Source: Eledone cirrhosa (Eukaryota). Taken from it: a DNA stretch of 64,000 nt. The translations under genes were made by a program, and so were the position numbers. Location: contig OZ024740.1 in the NCBI GenBank assembly GCA_964016885.1, positions 183,768,001-183,832,000 on the forward strand, read 5' to 3'. Positions 40,646-54,611 of the stretch are shown piece by piece (position 1 is the first letter of the stretch; each line of letters opens with the position of its first letter). The notes under the pieces are model-generated. The model did not search any database, had not been told where the DNA came from, and saw nothing but the letters and a program-made list of their open reading frames with translations.

Positions 40646-40738
40646 TTTTCAGCAAACAGGGGAGATAAAGCTGACAGAGCTCTGTTTCGTACTTTTTGGT
40701 ACTTATAAAAGCTAAGTACTCCACCTGTTTGCTGAAAA
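40646..40738 (-). ncRNA. Hammerhead, family B (U3-A8 type; G5 mutated in this copy)
   Basis: tttcagcaaacagg...agct-TTTATAA-gtac caaaaa gtac-GAAA-cag agct ctg-TC-agct...cctgtttgctgaaa. Confidence 0.72.
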
Positions 40739-40944
40739 TCATGATTGTTTGATTCTTATAGAATTCTAGTAATGATCAGGAACTGATTATACAGAGAGGT
40801 TGCCGGTCTAGCAGAAATTGAAAATTAGAATTGGTGCTCTGAAATACCGACATATATATTAATGTATATATAGTGTATTTTGAAAACACTGTATGCTTAA
40901 TTAAAAGTTTTTCGAAGACTTTTCCAAGAATCAAACATTTATTA

Positions 40945-41036
40945 TTTTCAGCAGACAGGTGGATCACTTAGCTTTGATAAGTAAGAAAAGTACGAAACAG
41001 AGCTATGTCAGCTTTATCTACCCTCTTTGCTGAAAA
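40945..41036 (+). ncRNA. Hammerhead, family B, U3-A8 core
   Basis: agct-TTGATAA(40974-80)-gta..tac-GAAA-cag agct atg-TC-agct, with a long interrupted stem I. Confidence 0.75.
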
Positions 41037-41139
41037 TGTAAAGTCAGTGAGACTGTCACTACTCTAAAACAATAGCGTAAGGTCTTCGATATACTTTTAA
41101 TTAAGAATACAGTGTATTGCAAATTACACTATATATACA

Positions 41140-41225
<86 letters not shown>

Positions 41226-41239
41226 TATATATATATATA

Positions 41240-43536
41240 TACGATATTAAATAAATGGAAACTATATTTATAAAACCATATTTATTTCATTATATATATT
41301 TCAGGGATATCATATTAAAAATATGTTATGCCTTCTTCAGACAAAATACAATAAAAACAGTCTTATAAATAGATAGATTCGACATACCTTTCAACTTCGA
41401 CTTCTATTTGAAAAGTTGAATTGGTAGTGAAAAAAAAATTAGGGACAGTTATAAAAAGAAAGAAAGAAAAACGAAGAAAAAGAAGAAATGCATGCAACTA
41501 AATAGAGAGAGATAGATATAGAGAGATAGATAGAGAGAAGAAATTCATGTAAAGAAAGAGAGAGAGATATATAGAGAGAGGAAAACACAGAGGGAGATAG
41601 ATAGAGAGAGAGAGAGAGAAGAGAGGAGAGAGAGAGAGAGAGAGAGAAAATATAGAGAGATAGATATAGATAGAGATAGAGAGAAAGAAACTAGGTAGTT
41701 GAGCACCAGTTGAATGACGTATCAATGATATATTTATTTATTTATTTATTTATTTAGCTCTAGTATTAATGTAGAGAGAGATATATGTGGTTAAGAGAGA
41801 AAACAGCCGTTACATAGAGAGAACAGAAAAATATCCAGACAAAAACGAGGCAGATTTAAAACACTATGTTTCATCAATGTAAAAAATATCAATTCGTATA
41901 AAACAGGCATTATAATGTAAATATCAGTATTCATGAATGAGACACGTATCAATAATGTGTGAAAAATAATGATCATATGTCTAGTTTAAAATTCCTAGGT
42001 TTATATTAGAGTTGAGTTAAAATAGAAGGTTATCCCAGATTTTATACTATATACATCCATGTGAATTTACGTGATCAGCTCTGCAAATTCCTATTTCACA
42101 CGAAAACATTCTCATTGTGCTATAAAAATTTAAGTATACATATATGTGTACATACACACAAATATATATAGAGTCTACATTAATTTTAACAATACTATTC
42201 ATGTCTTTACTCTACATGATTATCGTTCAAGCATAAATAGAGAACAGATATCAATATATCAATAAAAATATCAGAAACAAAAAGTAAATAAAAAACAAAA
42301 AAATCAAAAAAATATTAAAAATAAAAATATTAAAAATATTAAAAATATTAAAATAAAAATAAAACATAGTATGCCCCGCAAATCAACCACAGAGATCAAC
42401 CCTTCAAAGTTAATTGACAATATATTGCCAAGTTCGTTATAAGCATCAGAATCAAAAGCAAACAAAACCAAAAATTATTTACCAAATCCTGTCTAGCAGA
42501 AAACATTCCAAAAGTTTAGGATACCCATTTGATCTACAGATGGTCTTATATTTAATATAGAAGTTTATCTAGTGTAAAATTTATTCGATATATTTGGAGC
42601 ATCAGCTTTTAGGGTAGTTTAATTATTCATGAAGAATGTTTAAAATAAAAAGGAATCGAAAGATTTATCGGCGAGTTTCATAAATAATTATAAATCAAAT
42701 TAAATATACTACATTTTAAATTTATATTTATATTTAAAAGTTGAGTTCAATCTATGTCTGCAGCAACTGAATAAATTTGTCCGTAAATTAAGGGAATTTT
42801 TAGATTTTAGTATAAAGAATATCTCCTCCGCGCAGAGGTCACATGTCTCAGAGGATGAATTAAAAGGAATCCCTCTTGAGACTATATTCCAAGCCGTTGA
42901 ATATCCAACGTGATCATGCCTAAGTTGCCAGAGTAGGCCTGATAGTGATGTTGAGGATTTTTTGCTTGGATCTGTGAAAGAATTCTTGTGGTTATTATAG
43001 CGAAGTTTAAATTCTGTCGAGGTGGAACCAACATAGTTAAAAGAATTTAAGTCCGTTTTAACATTACAGTTGTATATTATATTTTTAACTAAGCAATTGT
43101 TATTTAACGGACATTTAGATCTATCTCTACAGTTACATTTGTTAACTTGGATATTATTTAAGCTATTATCGGTATTTTGGCTAGGTTTTAAATTCCTATT
43201 ATTTATTCTATTAATATTTTGTGCTAAATTTTTGGTGGATGAGTAGGTTAATTTTATAGTATGTCTATTGAAAATTGAGTGATACCTATGTGTTCTAGGG
43301 AAGCTATTATCAAGAGCATTAAAAAATAGTTTAGCGATGTGGGTTTTAATGTTTAGTGAGAAAGGGGGGGGGAAAACCATATTATATTCCTAGTTCTATT
43401 TCTTTTTTGGCTTTTGGAATTATTGTAATGCTTTCTATTATAGTTGTTAAAGTTGTTGCCGTAATTAAAATTGTTGTTATTTTGGTTAGTTTGTCTATTA
43501 TTATCTATGTACATAATTTTATCACTATATCCTGCT
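41240..43536 (-). mobile_element. 5'-truncated PLE, same family as 6704-10565
   Basis: ORF 42709-43380 is nearly identical to the 8161-9135 product. Same 3' UTR and the same boundary (tacgatattaaataaatgg). Confidence 0.92.
42709..43530 (-). pseudogene. PLE GIY-YIG endonuclease fragment
   Basis: CNCRDRSKCPLNNNCLVKNIIYNCNV...YVGSTSTEFKLRYNNH...CDLCAEE. Frameshift at the poly-G near 43370. Confidence 0.88.
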
Positions 43537-43605
43537 CATATATACATACATATATACATACATATATATATACATATATACATACATATATATATACATA
43601 CATAT

Positions 43606-43646
<41 letters not shown>

Positions 43647-43700
43647 TATAAATATATATATGTATGTATATATGTTATATATATGTTTATGTACGTTATA

Positions 43701-43785
<85 letters not shown>

Positions 43786-44033
43786 TATATGTTATATATA
43801 TATTTATATATATATATATGTTGTATATGTATATATGTATATGTATATATACATATACATGTATGTATATATATATAACGTATATATATATATATATATA
43901 TATACAAAATTAAGATAAATCAAATGAATATAATCTAAATCAAAACTATGTGTGTCATGCCAGAAGGACATGCGCCATATCACGCGCAAAATAAGCTCTA
44001 AGATTCTAACGAGTAGGTCCGAGCATTTTATTA

Positions 44034-44350
44034 TAACTAGAAATTGATTAACATATAAATAAACATGAATAATCACATGAGATAATTTTTACAAGTGTGT
44101 AACCACACATAGCTAGGTAGGTAACTAAATAAAGTTGACCAGAACTTCAAAAATAGATAGCTTATAATATGATTAATCTTCCCTGTATATATTCTATTAA
44201 AGAAATATATTTCACCAATTAATCGTATCTATTTTTGAAGTTATGGTCAACTTTATTTAGTTACCTACCTAGCTATGTGTGGTTACACACTTGTAAACAT
44301 TATCTTCTGTGATTATTCATGTTTATTTATATGTTAATCAATTTCTAGTT
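44034..44350. repeat. ~125-bp inverted repeat within a TA-flanked insert (43903-44352)
   Basis: 44034-44160 pairs with 44226-44350. Confidence 0.85.
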
Positions 44351-44351
44351 G

Positions 44352-44393
<42 letters not shown>

Positions 44394-44394
44394 C

Positions 44395-44430
<36 letters not shown>

Positions 44431-44436
<6 letters not shown>

Positions 44437-45385
44437 CACCACCAAAGCCATACGCAAATTCATCAGAAGAGAGGGCCTCAATATCAAAATAGCTCACTGT
44501 GGACCATCTGTGTGAAGATGCCTCTCCACAAGGCAACCCTCTAACGTTGATAACGGATGTATCCTACCCAATTGCCCACATTAATTGTTGCCTACGTACC
44601 TACGCAGTATACAGGCTAGAATGTAACAAGAGCAATCTAATTTGCATAGGTAGCACTAATCGACGGTTGCATCTCCGTATTAAAGAGCATGTTACACCAA
44701 TTCCCCTTCCTTCCTCAAACACATCACCAATAACGAAACTCCGGATAGCAACATTACCACCACATTGTTAGCTACCCAATACAGTATAGGCACGTGGAGA
44801 ATTAAAGAAGCCCTCTTAATCAAGCAATTAAAACCTACAATCAAAAATCGAATGGAAAGAAATGCACCAGAATGGCTAATTTAAAAGCCTGTATTCTAAC
44901 ATCTCAGCGGCCAGTTTCATTCTTTCTTTCAAATTAAATCTATGTCCACACTTAGACTCACACGCACACATTTTTTCCGTTTTATAATATACATATTCGC
45001 ACACAATTTTCACTTAACAAACTTACATACATGAACACACTTTACAAACATACCACTAAGCACACATACATTCACGCACACACATGTATATATCATACAT
45101 TTCACAAAATGCAGGTTCGAAATGTTAACGTCTCTTCATTTCATTTAGCTTAAATCTGCTCTCCAAATAAGCAAGTTAAATCCGATCGATTTTTAAGTCT
45201 CTCAACAGGTTACTCCCTTGATAATGGGATTTAAATTCGAATATTTGGGATCATTCAATTTGCTAAGGTAAGACTATTTTGTTAGTTTGGCGATTTGATA
45301 TTCTTTCTATTGCATTGTTTGGTTTTAATAATTATTCAAATTTGTGTTGCCTATTCAACAAAGCTTTAAGGAAGATACAAAAATG

Positions 45386-45388
<3 letters not shown>
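44431..45388 (+). mobile_element. PLE 3' fragment (linker, GIY-YIG and 3' UTR), related to the 3665 element
   Basis: NCCLRTYAVYRLECNK..ICIGSTNRRLHLRIKEH...IKEALLIK.LKP. Confidence 0.85.
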
Positions 45389-45424
<36 letters not shown>

Positions 45425-45539
45425 CTTACACACATACACGAAACACATACACCCACATATATATTTATATGTATATGTATATATATATATTTATATATAC
45501 TATATACATATTATATATCTATATATTATATATTATATA

Positions 45540-45600
<61 letters not shown>

Positions 45601-45606
<6 letters not shown>

Positions 45607-46216
45607 GCGGAGCAAGCGGTTATCAAACAATTCTCTAAATAAATTTAAAAAACGATTTAAATAATCACCCCTCTATTGGTGTTACCGACGGTTTCATCAT
45701 TCCAAAAGATTGGAAAACCAGAGAATTTCCAATGGAAAGAAATGAATCTTCAGACAGCTTATTTACCCACTATAACGTTGCCAGCCCTACAGTAAGTAAA
45801 TATTTCGCTTCCTGCCCAACGTATGCGGTCAAGCCGTTAAAATGACACACACTCAAAATCAGGTCGCAGATAATAGCTGTTTATTATAAACGTGTTGATA
45901 TTGCCACTAAAATTAGCAGCATTATTCAACGTTTTTTTCTCTACATAAGGAGAAAAATTATAAAAGGGGATGAATACTTCAACAGGCACTATGTACTTCT
46001 AGAAATATGCAAGGTGTTTATAATATTTGTGGTTCGATGGTACCACTTTGAGATACCAGAACTATATAAAATTTATTTAGAGAATTGTTTGATAACCGCT
46101 TGCTCCGCTATTTTTATATTGTTCTGGTATCTCAAATTAGTACCATCGAACCACAAATATTATAAACACCTTGCATATTTCTACAAGTACATAGTGCCTG
46201 TTGAAGTATTCATCCA

Positions 46217-46221
<5 letters not shown>
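45601..46221 (-). mobile_element. Family E short PLE-type element with scrambled inverted segments
   Basis: 45601-45646 is inverted relative to ~46070-46114. 45968-46058 is inverted relative to 46122-46215. TA flanks. Confidence 0.75.
45678..45758 (-). ncRNA. Hammerhead with extended stem II, family E
   Basis: tgt-CTGAAGA-t tcatttc..attggaaa/tttccaat..ggaatga t-GAAA-CCGTCGG-TA-aca. Confidence 0.72.
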
Positions 46222-46247
<26 letters not shown>

Positions 46248-46795
46248 TAGGATTGATACTCTGAAATAGCCATGTATACATGAATGTATGTATAGTATAT
46301 TTGGCAATATACCGTATGTTTCATTAAAAACATTTAGAGGACCATACGCTATCACTTTTAAAGTAGTGCTGTTTCAGAGCACTAATACTAATAACTAATA
46401 TTTGCTGGACCGGCAATCGCCCTGTATAATCAGCTCCTGGTTATTACTGGAATTCTATAAAAATCTATCTCCTCTTATTTTCGGAGTAAGCAGGCGAGTA
46501 CGTGTCTCTGATGAACTCCAACCACCGTGAAACAGACGGTCCGCTTCTCTCCCTTCTTTCGACGAAAAGAAGTAAGTAACATTTTCACTACTTTAAAATT
46601 GATAGCGTATGGTATTCTAAACGTTTTTAATTAAACATACGGTATATTGCCAAATATACTATACATACATTCATATATATATATAGTGGTTGAACACTGG
46701 AAGGTAATATCCGTATAACCATGTCCATTACGAGGTGTGGATCCGCTAAGGTGAAATAAATGTTCTCGGTATGGTGAATTAACTGTTGTGTAACC

Positions 46796-47441
<646 letters not shown>

Positions 47442-47574
47442 TATATATATATATATATATCAATATATAATATATACATAATCTCTCTCTATATATAAAT
47501 TCTTTGTCTCTCTGTCCGTCTGTTACTATGCATTCTCAAACGGCTGGATCAAATCAAATCAAATTTTCCAAATT

Positions 47575-47855
47575 TTACAAGTTTACTTTTTTCTAGTCGA
47601 CTCCAATAGTCAACGCCTGTCATGCCGTTTATCTTTTTTGTGATTGACGTTTTAGGTGATTCAATTTTCATAATACTGTGTTTCGTGTGGAGAGACCATA
47701 ATAGACAAAAGTATCCAAGGTGGAGTCGGGCAAAAGTAGTAAAGAGAAGAAAAATTGTGGAGATATCCCTCGACTGGAAAGTTCTGAGAATCCAGGAACA
47801 CATTCTGCGGAGCATGACAACCTTGCTGCTTATATGAGCGATCTAGTTTATGTTG
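47575..47855 (-). pseudogene. CR1/L2/Jockey-type LINE, 3' part (continuation of 55696-56359)
   Basis: WILRTFQSRD...LFTTFARLHL.Y...LWS.H....I.KIE....ITKKINGM...DYW.RL. Confidence 0.8.
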
Positions 47856-48471
47856 CTATAAACCAAATGTTCTCAACCCATTTCGGCCAAACGCCCCCTT
47901 TTTCCCTTCGAAATCACGAAACGCGCCCCCCCCCCCTACCTTTTTTTCCGTTTTTCAATATACTACAGATTTTGATATCAGTAGATTATTAAAAAATTGA
48001 TTAACGATATTCCAAAGATACCATTGCAGGCAGTTGAAAGTATAAATACATTCCTTCAAAGTAAGTATATAAATTTCAAAAAAAGGAACATAAATGTTCT
48101 TTTTTATGAATTAGGACCAGTTGAATTTGTTATATTCCCACCTGACGATACCAGCTATTTTGAACATTTATACAAGAGCAACTCTGTCTATCCAAAGAGT
48201 GCTCTTATCTGGAAGAAAGTGGCAATTGTATTATTCCAAAGCTTTCCAATTTTCCCTTTAATGAAACGAACAGAATAAATGTTGATATCTAACTTGATGT
48301 CCCCTCCGCTTTGTGACCACGCAAGAGGAATTTCATGACCTCATAAAATGGTATATTCATTAGTAAACGGTAAAATATATACAACAAATAAGTAAGTGAA
48401 TTTTGGTAGATGGTTTCCAGTCCAATCAGATTGCAACTACAAATAAAAAATCGACTTAATTTGACCTCGTA

Positions 48472-50254
48472 TCAATGGGACCCTTGAGCTTCATGGAGTT
48501 TAGCTAACTCTTTGATGTCAGGCTGGATTTTCGTGAGCTGTAGCCGGAGATCTCCACGTGCAATCACATTGTAGCGGTTGCGAGCCTTACTAGGCAGTCT
48601 GGAAACAACGCCAAACCCCCTCTCGACTAAGTATGAGCTAGGAAAAGGCAAAGCAAATCTCTTAGCCTCTGTATGTAGGAGTGGAAATCGACGCTGAATT
48701 TCCTCTTGCATCCAAAAAAGGGGTTCACCTATTTTGGAAAATTTCATTTTGATAATGTCATCAGTCTGAAGTGCAATTAATTCTTCCTGAAATTTAACTT
48801 CGAAATCATCGACCTTGGCTATGAAGGCATCTGCTATCCACATTGGGATGTCCATCTGCAAAAGGTCGACAAACCGTTCTCTCATGTTGTCTTGTAGTGC
48901 ACGGAGGTGCGCGGTATAAATTTGCAGCTGGTCATCGCTCACAATGTTTTGAACATTGGCGACACTAGGAAAATTATAGAATTCCCGTCGACAAAGATTC
49001 CTTTCGATGATTTTCAATTTGGCCAGGAATATTTTTACAGCATTCCTTGCTTTAAACAAGGTGATCTTCTCACCCTGCACAGACATAATGAGACTATTGC
49101 ATTTGTCAAAGATGTCGGCGTGGTAGGCACAGTCTTGCCTCACATCGAGGTTTTTTTTTATATAGTTCTGTGTTGCGTCCTCGAAGAAACTCAATGATAG
49201 AGCCGAACAGTTCAAAGAAGCGAGTAAGGCACTTGCCATTTGAAAGCCACCCCACTTCAGTATGAAGGAGCAACTTGACGAATTCTTCGTCATTATATTC
49301 GCACAGTTGCCGGAAAATTCGTTCATTGAGGGCATGGCGTTTGATGTAATTGATGACATCAATGGCTACCTGCAAAGACTTGCTCAGCGGCTCACGGAGT
49401 TTCTTCGCAGCCAAGTGTTGTCGATGAATGACACAATGAACAGCAAATACAGATGGATTTTCCCTCTTCAGAAGAGAGACGAAACCCTTATGTTGGCCGA
49501 CCATTGCTCTTGCGCCGTCCGTAGCATATGATACAATATTGTTAAGAGGTATCTCTTTTTTTTCGAGGTATCCCTTGACAGATTCAAAGATCGTGGCACC
49601 TTTAGTATCTGTGGCTAGATTCAGAGTAAAGTGAAGCTCCTCGTGCATTTCGTTTTGGTGGAAAAATCGCACGTATCCCAGTAGTAAGGACTGATTCCCG
49701 GAAAGTGTGCTTTCATCAAGTTGCAAAGCAAATTGTGTCGATTTCAAGATGTTGCATAATTTCTGTTCAACATTTTCCGCCATTTCGTCGATGCGTCTTT
49801 TTATTGAGTCGTTACTCAACGGAATACATTTCAAGGTCTTTAACAGGTTCTGACGTAGTACTGTTGAAAGAACTTCTGAGATGACAGGGGCTACCGATGT
49901 TTCACCCAAGGAATGGGGCTTGCCACACTTTGCGATTATGTTGGCAATATTGTAAGATGCGACAAGACCATCAACATTTGAAGCTTCAACTTTTGAAAAG
50001 GCAGAAGAAATTAGTGTTGTTTTCTGGAATTGGTCCCTAAGAGACTGAAAGTATGCTAAATCTTTATATCTCTTATCGGGGTACCTCACCTCCAGGTGTC
50101 TACTCAAACGCGATGGCTTCATCGTCTCATTCGAAAAGGACTCCTTGCAAATTAAACACATGGGTGACAGGTGGTTTGACGGCGATGGGATGAATCCGAA
50201 CCGTAAGTAATCAACGACGTACTGCCTGCATTTTTTCTTCATTGCTGAGGCCAT
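48472..50254 (-). pseudogene. hAT transposase (ZBED5/SCAND3/Buster-like), frameshifted near 49155
   Basis: BED finger (RQY..YL.FGF...P.CLIC...MKPS.L.RHL), FALQLDEST, TDGA.AM.G, HCVIHR, LL.HTEV.WLS.GK and PF.SSYLVERGF...RGDLRL.LT. Confidence 0.92.
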
Positions 50255-51239
50255 TTTCTGTTTAGCGAATGTGTTTGGTAAAGTTATCTAAAGATTTGCC
50301 TATATAAGCCTATAAAATTATGTATAAGGAACTTACTATAATGAGTCATGTTCCAGTATGATAAAGTTTCAAGTAATGTTCTGGAATAAAACTTTGTAAT
50401 AAACAAAACTGCAATGAAAAAGACAAATACTGTCATTAATTAACCAAATCGAGACAAGTTATATATGAAGATTAACCAGTCTTTCATGTAGGAATAGTAA
50501 TAACTTAGGTTGAGGGAATTAAGGTGGCAGACTCAATAAAGGATCAACGAGGCAACGAGTTCAAGAGAACTTAATGCAAGAATGACTAGTAATGTACTAT
50601 TTTGAAATGGAATTCATCAATTAAGCACGTACTGATAACACGCGATAATACTAAGTTAAGACATTACTTATTAGTCAGAGTTACTCAAATTATCGCCCTT
50701 AACTTAATGCATCACTGTGATATTCTTGTAATGGTGCTTCAATTATAATGGATGACTGTTGAAGACTACAAAGGCATTTCCTTAAACCCAAGACTTGATC
50801 GTAGTATAAACAGTCAGTTTATATAGGAATAGCAACAACCTAGTTATAGATAAATGATGTGGAAATGCAATGAACATAAGATGGGGTCAAGCAAACCGAA
50901 TGTTAGTAAGAATGAGCTGAAGTATCGAGGTCAAACCGATCACGGTGATGAACGGGTCAGTGAATAATGTTGCTCTTTTCAAGGGGCCTCGTTTGCCTTA
51001 AAAATGTGAGGAGGACAAACCAACATTTGTTGGAGCAATTTAGTATTACTTATGGTGTCTTTCCTGAACCCTATCACATAAGTAAACATTTCTTTACGCT
51101 AATTAAATTTTATATATTCAAATGAAGTTCAGATATAAAAAAAAAAATAAGCTTAAAAAGTATTTATTATATCAAATAAACAAAAAATAAAACATAGACG
51201 TTTGAATAAAAATCATATAAAGTAAATTTATTGTCTTTT

Positions 51240-52285
51240 AGAACTTTCCAAATGTATCATATCTCGCATCATTGCTGTCAATAAATAATATAGCAACTTC
51301 TTCACAACTAATCTTTTTCAAAACATCTTTATGAACGTCTCATATTAGAATATGATTCAACCTTTGCTAAGTCATGGTCGATCGCAACCAAGTTTTGAGT
51401 TTCTGCAGAGCGCTAACAGATCTTTCAGCTTCACAAGAACTGGTTGGAAACATTAAAAGTAGCCTGAACAATCGCACAACATTTAGAAACATGCGACGGA
51501 CTTCTGGTTGCATTTCACCGAATAGTTTACGATGATCCTCGAGAGATGATCCACTATGATGATTTCTATAAAAAAGTATTTCGTTCCTTAAAGAAAATTC
51601 ATCAAGCTCTGGATACTGTATGATCACTTCGGCACAAACATTTCCATTCCTGGTATCTTTTAGGAACTTTTCATTTCCTGGGTAGCTCCAAAGGAGAAAT
51701 ATCGAGTTGATAAATCATTTTTTCTGGTGTATTGAACAGCTCCTGAAATTTGTTGTGGTGTATTGAACAGCTCCTGCGTAGATTTTTTTAGCTCCTCCTG
51801 CACCAGTTTGACACTATGCAACATGCTACCTAGATTGAAGGTGGTACTTTGAACATATTTGTTCAATCCTTCAAGGAATTGAAGTAATAGAACTACAACG
51901 TGCAATCCAAGGACACATTGGCCCGGAGAGTGACACGTAAGAATAACATTAGCTCTGGATGCAATGTTGGTGCCAAACTCATTTGTTGTCTCTTGTAAAG
52001 AAATAGGGACATCTGAATAATTGTCAAGAAGGGCTTTGACTGCAGAAAGTCGTGTTAGCCATCGAGTAGGGCACACAGGTGTTAAGGAGCGTGGTGATGA
52101 TATTTCATTTTCTTCATCATGTTGTGATAAATACGCTTGCTTAAATTTTCCTGATGTACTATATAGTTTCCGCAATTCATTCACGCAACCTAGAATATTT
52201 TTGATAAGTGAAGCTTGTTGTACAGACTTAGTTATAATAAGTTGAAAACTATGAATGCCGCAGTGCACGTAATGGGTCAAATCAA
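51240..52285 (-). pseudogene. Second, unrelated hAT transposase fragment (ZMYM1/Tip100-like)
   Basis: YVHC..H...L, L...CPTRW..R, and P.SSCEAERS.SAL..LKTWLRSTMT (dimerization domain). Confidence 0.85.
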
Positions 52286-52753
52286 GTTATGTTATAATGA
52301 TCTTTAAAAAATACCCGTACGAATTAAATACAAATAAAGTTTCAATCCAAAACAAAAGCAAACTATTTCAAATTATATATTTTTGAAAAATAGACGTGAA
52401 TGTTCTCAAAGACTTGATTTCAGTCGAAAAAGCTTTTTTTTTTAACTTCTATATTTCACTGTTAGCTATTGTAATATTTTGATTGGATAAACAATTCTAT
52501 AATTCAAACTCTAAAGTCAAAATACAAAAGATGTAAAATATGAAGAATTTCTTACCTTTTTCTGAAATCACAAACTCAGGGGAAAAATAGTACCTTGCAA
52601 AATAAAATACCTCGTAGCAAAATAAAATACTTAGCAACGAATGATGCTTGGGGACAGTGAGAAAGTAGTATTTGTATCCCTTATATATATATATATATAT
52701 ATACATAGATACACAGACACAAACAAACACACATATACACGCACGCACAAACG

Positions 52754-52785
<32 letters not shown>

Positions 52786-53001
52786 AGTTTGTGTGTGTGT
52801 ATATATGTGTGTGTGTGTGTGTGCGTGTGTGCGTGTGTGCGTGTCTATGTGTGTTTGTGTGGGTCTGTGTATCTATCTATGTATATATTGGTTTGGGTAC
52901 AGAAAGAATTTTGTCTACAGTTTTTTATTGCCAGGTCAAAAGCCACTGCTCTTTTCAACAACGCCAAATAACAACGCTCCACACACACGCACACACACGC
53001 A

Positions 53002-53048
<47 letters not shown>

Positions 53049-53051
53049 ACA

Positions 53052-53088
<37 letters not shown>

Positions 53089-53233
53089 ACACACACACAA
53101 ACACACGCACACACATCCATATATATATATATATATATATATATAAATGAAGAGAGAAAGAGGGAGGGACAGAGAGAGTAAGAAATGTGTGTGTGTTTGG
53201 AACACATATATCTATTTATCTATCTATCTCCAA

Positions 53234-53407
53234 CAGGGGGCTCACACATGCGGCCCGCGAACTACTTATATGTGGCCCGTGGTAGAACCAATATTTCATA
53301 TCGCATTATAACTGGTGAACATTTTCACCCACCACTACGTTTGACCCCCTGTGCCTCTCTTCAAAGAAGTAATAGCCCTTTTGTGTCCTTGAGTTTGAGA
53401 ACCCCCT
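53234..53407. mobile_element. hAT-type MITE
   Basis: cagggggctcacacatgcggcccgcg ... agtttgagaaccccct. Confidence 0.6.
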
Positions 53408-53424
53408 TCTACACACACACGGAC

Positions 53425-53690
53425 ATATTTTACTTTTTTTTCTGTCTCTGGACTACGCCATGCTGGAGCATCACCTTGGTATGTTATGGGGACGTCAACA
53501 AATCAACAAGCATTGGTGGGAGGGCAAACACCAACGCAAAGACACACATTGACATATATATATATATACGACGGGCTTCTTTTAGTTCCTATCTATCAAA
53601 CCCACTCACAGGGCTTTGGTCGGCCCGGGCAGTGGGACTGTACCCGGAAATATGTGGTTGGGAAACAAGCTACTTGTCACATTGCATAAA
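53425..53690 (-). mobile_element. Octopus-type tRNA-derived SINE
   Basis: gccatgctggagca...ttatggggacgt...tatacgacgggcttct...cactcacagggctttggtcggccc...cagtgggactg.acccggaa..atgtggttgggaaacaagctactt, recognised as an abundant octopus SINE pattern. Confidence 0.75.
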
Positions 53691-53696
53691 TATATC

Positions 53697-53747
<51 letters not shown>

Positions 53748-53761
53748 GTAATATATATATT

Positions 53762-53792
<31 letters not shown>

Positions 53793-53994
53793 ACCTTACA
53801 CACTTAAATATAAATGCATGTATATATACATACGTAAATGTATGTATGTATATATGTATGTATGTAGATTTATATATATGTATGTATGTAGATTTATATA
53901 TATATGTATGTATGTACATTTATATATATATGTATGTATGCATATATATATATATGTGTATGCATATTTATATATATATATATATATGTAGATT

Positions 53995-54027
<33 letters not shown>

Positions 54028-54030
54028 ATT

Positions 54031-54063
<33 letters not shown>

Positions 54064-54164
54064 TTATATATTTTTTTTGGAACGATCGACTTTCGTCAAA
54101 TCGGACAGAGGAAACGATGTTTCCGTTGGTCTTTCCAATTGCTAATACTATCTATCGGTCGCAA

Positions 54165-54295
54165 CTCCAGGTAGAAGGAGCAACGTGAAATAAAGTGTCT
54201 TGCTCAAGGACATAACGCATCGCCTGGTCCAGGAATCGAACTCACAACCTTACGATTGCGAATCCAATTCTCTAAACACTCAGCCACACGCCTTC
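54165..54295 (-). mobile_element. tRNA-derived (CORE-like) SINE fragment
   Basis: aagtgtcttgctcaaggaca...ggaatcgaactc...tctaaacactcagccac contains A and B boxes on the minus strand. Confidence 0.7.
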
Positions 54296-54360
54296 ACCAT
54301 ATTTATATATATATATATATATATGTATGTATATTTATATATATATATATATATATGTAG

Positions 54361-54611
<251 letters not shown>

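Larger units (their letters stand above)
40505..41135. mobile_element. Family B element: partial tandem plus inverted copy
   Basis: attagaattggtgctctgaaata occurs at ~40505 and ~40824. Inverted copy at 40945-41135. Confidence 0.85.

Noticed and set aside
48472-50254. Domesticated host ZBED/SCAND3-like gene
   Set aside because: It is frameshifted and bounded by TIRs and an 8-bp TSD.
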